A stretch of DNA of 42,836 nt from a virus (Duplodnaviria; Caudoviricetes), in IMG/VR virus record IMGVR_UViG_3300037313_000201, positions 1 through 42,836 of that record; one strand, given 5' to 3'. Position 1 is the stretch's first letter, and every line of letters starts with the position of its first letter. Positions 41,625 through 42,836 of the stretch are shown one piece after another. The translations under genes were made by a program, and so were the position numbers. Below the pieces are notes generated by a model. The model did no database searches and was not told where the DNA came from. It worked only from the letters and a program-made list of their open reading frames with translations.

Positions 41625-42350
41625 ATGCTCAATCAGGGACTGTACAAGGGCAAGGACGGCGAGGCAGTACGTCTCTACGTCGAGCCGGAAGAGAACCCTG
41701 CGGCCAGTGCACGGTCTGGCCGCCCAATCTTCGACGAAGTTCTGTACGCCGAAGTGACCTCACCCGGCCAGAAGGAAAGTTCGCCGGTATTCATCCTCGA
41801 ACGCAAGTACGCGCCGGAAGTCGGCGTGGACGAACCGTATCGGTCGCCGAAGTACGAACAGTACAAGGAACTGATCGACGCGTACCGCAACGGTACCGAA
41901 AGCGTGGACGTTCGCGGTACGCCGCTTTCCGCATGGCCGCGCATGTCCGTTTCCATGGTCGCCACCGCCGCGCATGCTGGCATCCATACGGTCGAAGCGC
42001 TCGCCGCGCTCCCCGAAACCCGGTTCTCCGCGTTCGGCCCCGGCGCGCGTACTTTGGTCGAACAGGCCAAGGCGTTCGTGGAAGCCGCAGCCGGTAACGC
42101 GCCGACCGAAGCACTCGCCGCCGAGAACGAACAGCTACGCACCGACGTGGCCGACCTTCGCAAGCAGATCGCGGACCTGTCGGCCCGCCTGACGGCTCAG
42201 GACAGCCAGCCAGCGCCCAAGACGGACCCGGAGCCTGCCAAGGCCACGGAAGGCGCTGGCGAGGCTCCTACGGCCACTCAGACGGCTCCTGAGGCCGCCA
42301 AGGGCGGCAAGGCCAAGCCGGGCGGCGGTAACGCCCTGCCGATCATCTAA
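41625..42350 (+). CDS. Conserved late-region protein ending ALPII
   Basis: SD AAGGAG. GRPIFDEV, GTPL..WP, GIHTVEALA motifs and a coiled coil. Confidence 0.7.
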   Translation: MLNQGLYKGKDGEAVRLYVEPEENPAASARSGRPIFDEVLYAEVTSPGQKESSPVFILERKYAPEVGVDEPYRSPKYEQYKELIDAYRNGTESVDVRGTPLSAWPRMSVSMVATAAHAGIHTVEALAALPETRFSAFGPGARTLVEQAKAFVEAAAGNAPTEALAAENEQLRTDVADLRKQIADLSARLTAQDSQPAPKTDPEPAKATEGAGEAPTATQTAPEAAKGGKAKPGGGNALPII

Positions 42351-42358
42351 CGCGAACG

Positions 42359-42392
42359 GGGGGCCGCCGTTTCTCGGGTCGCGGCGGCCCCC
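42359..42392 (+). other. GC-rich intergenic hairpin
   Basis: GGGGGCCGCCG/CGGCGGCCCCC. Confidence 0.55.
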
Positions 42393-42422
42393 AACTTACA
42401 GGCCGGGGTAAAGGGGGTGAAC

Positions 42423-42689
42423 ATGCGTAAGTCAATTCTTCTCTGTACGGTATCGTGTGCAGCGCTTGCCGTGTCGGGCTGTACGCACATGACCACCGCG
42501 CAGAAGGTGGACTTCGGCTGCGAACTCGCCGTACTTGCGGCACAGACGACCGGCACTGTCGCTCAGGTGGCTGTGCAGCATGGCGCGGACCCGGCGAAGG
42601 CGCAGAAACTGGCGGATCGTGCCGCCGCTGGCGAAAGCGTCGTTACCGCTATCTGTCTGACGGCCAACGCCGTCACGCCGGAACTGTAA
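42423..42689 (+). CDS. Lipoprotein (spanin or exclusion candidate)
   Basis: MRKS, hydrophobic core, lipobox VSG-C. SD AGGGGGTG. Confidence 0.7.
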   Translation: MRKSILLCTVSCAALAVSGCTHMTTAQKVDFGCELAVLAAQTTGTVAQVAVQHGADPAKAQKLADRAAAGESVVTAICLTANAVTPEL

Positions 42690-42694
42690 CCAAC

Positions 42695-42836
42695 TGTGCC
42701 GCTGCTCGATGTAGTACAGCGCGCATGCGATGAAGTGGGGTTGCCACGGCCTGCGGCTGTGGCTTCCTCTACCGAACAGCTTGCGCGACAAATGTTCAGC
42801 CTTGCCAATGCTGAACTCAATGAACTCAGCAAAAGG
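42695..42836. repeat. Copy of 1-142 (circular overlap)
   Basis: Direct match with one mismatch. Confidence 0.95.

Noticed and set aside
1-42836. Alternative genetic code or tRNA genes
   Set aside because: Core genes are full length in the standard code, all three stops are used, and no cloverleaf was recognised.

Overview
This window is an apparently complete, circularly permuted genome (~42,694 bp after removing a 142-bp end overlap) of a GC-rich podovirus-like dsDNA phage. The host is probably an alphaproteobacterium (Cro-like HTH typical of that group, a GHNGGPPL motif, apparent GANTC avoidance). There are two divergent arms. The + arm (32.1 kb through the join to 11.4 kb) carries terS, a cluster of small genes, terL, portal, scaffold, major capsid, decoration protein, a lipoprotein, adaptor, nozzle, acetyltransferase, three ejection proteins, tail fibre, Gly-rich adhesin and lysis genes. 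The - arm (31.2 to 11.5 kb) carries small early genes, primase-helicase, a Gp49-family gene and its partner, a DUF2800 nuclease, a DUF2815 SSB, a family A polymerase, VRR-NUC and an SNF2 helicase. I recognised no integrase, RNA polymerase, methyltransferase, tRNA or CRISPR array. The most interesting signals are: (1) a stand-alone, apparently catalytically dead paralogue of part of the terL ATPase domain, a candidate decoy for terminase-sensing defences; (2) small overprinted genes inside core genes, most clearly membrane proteins inside terL and the polymerase, shown by local third-position T skew plus Shine-Dalgarno (SD) sites; (3) shared C-terminal peptides, NPLEGLGL on helicase and terS and LPx[IMV]L on the SSB and three unrelated proteins (with near matches on two more); (4) four perfect DnaA boxes, three beside TTGAC promoters; (5) hairpins with anti-SD C-rich loops, one complementary to the portal RBS. 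All family assignments come from motif recognition by eye, with no database searches.
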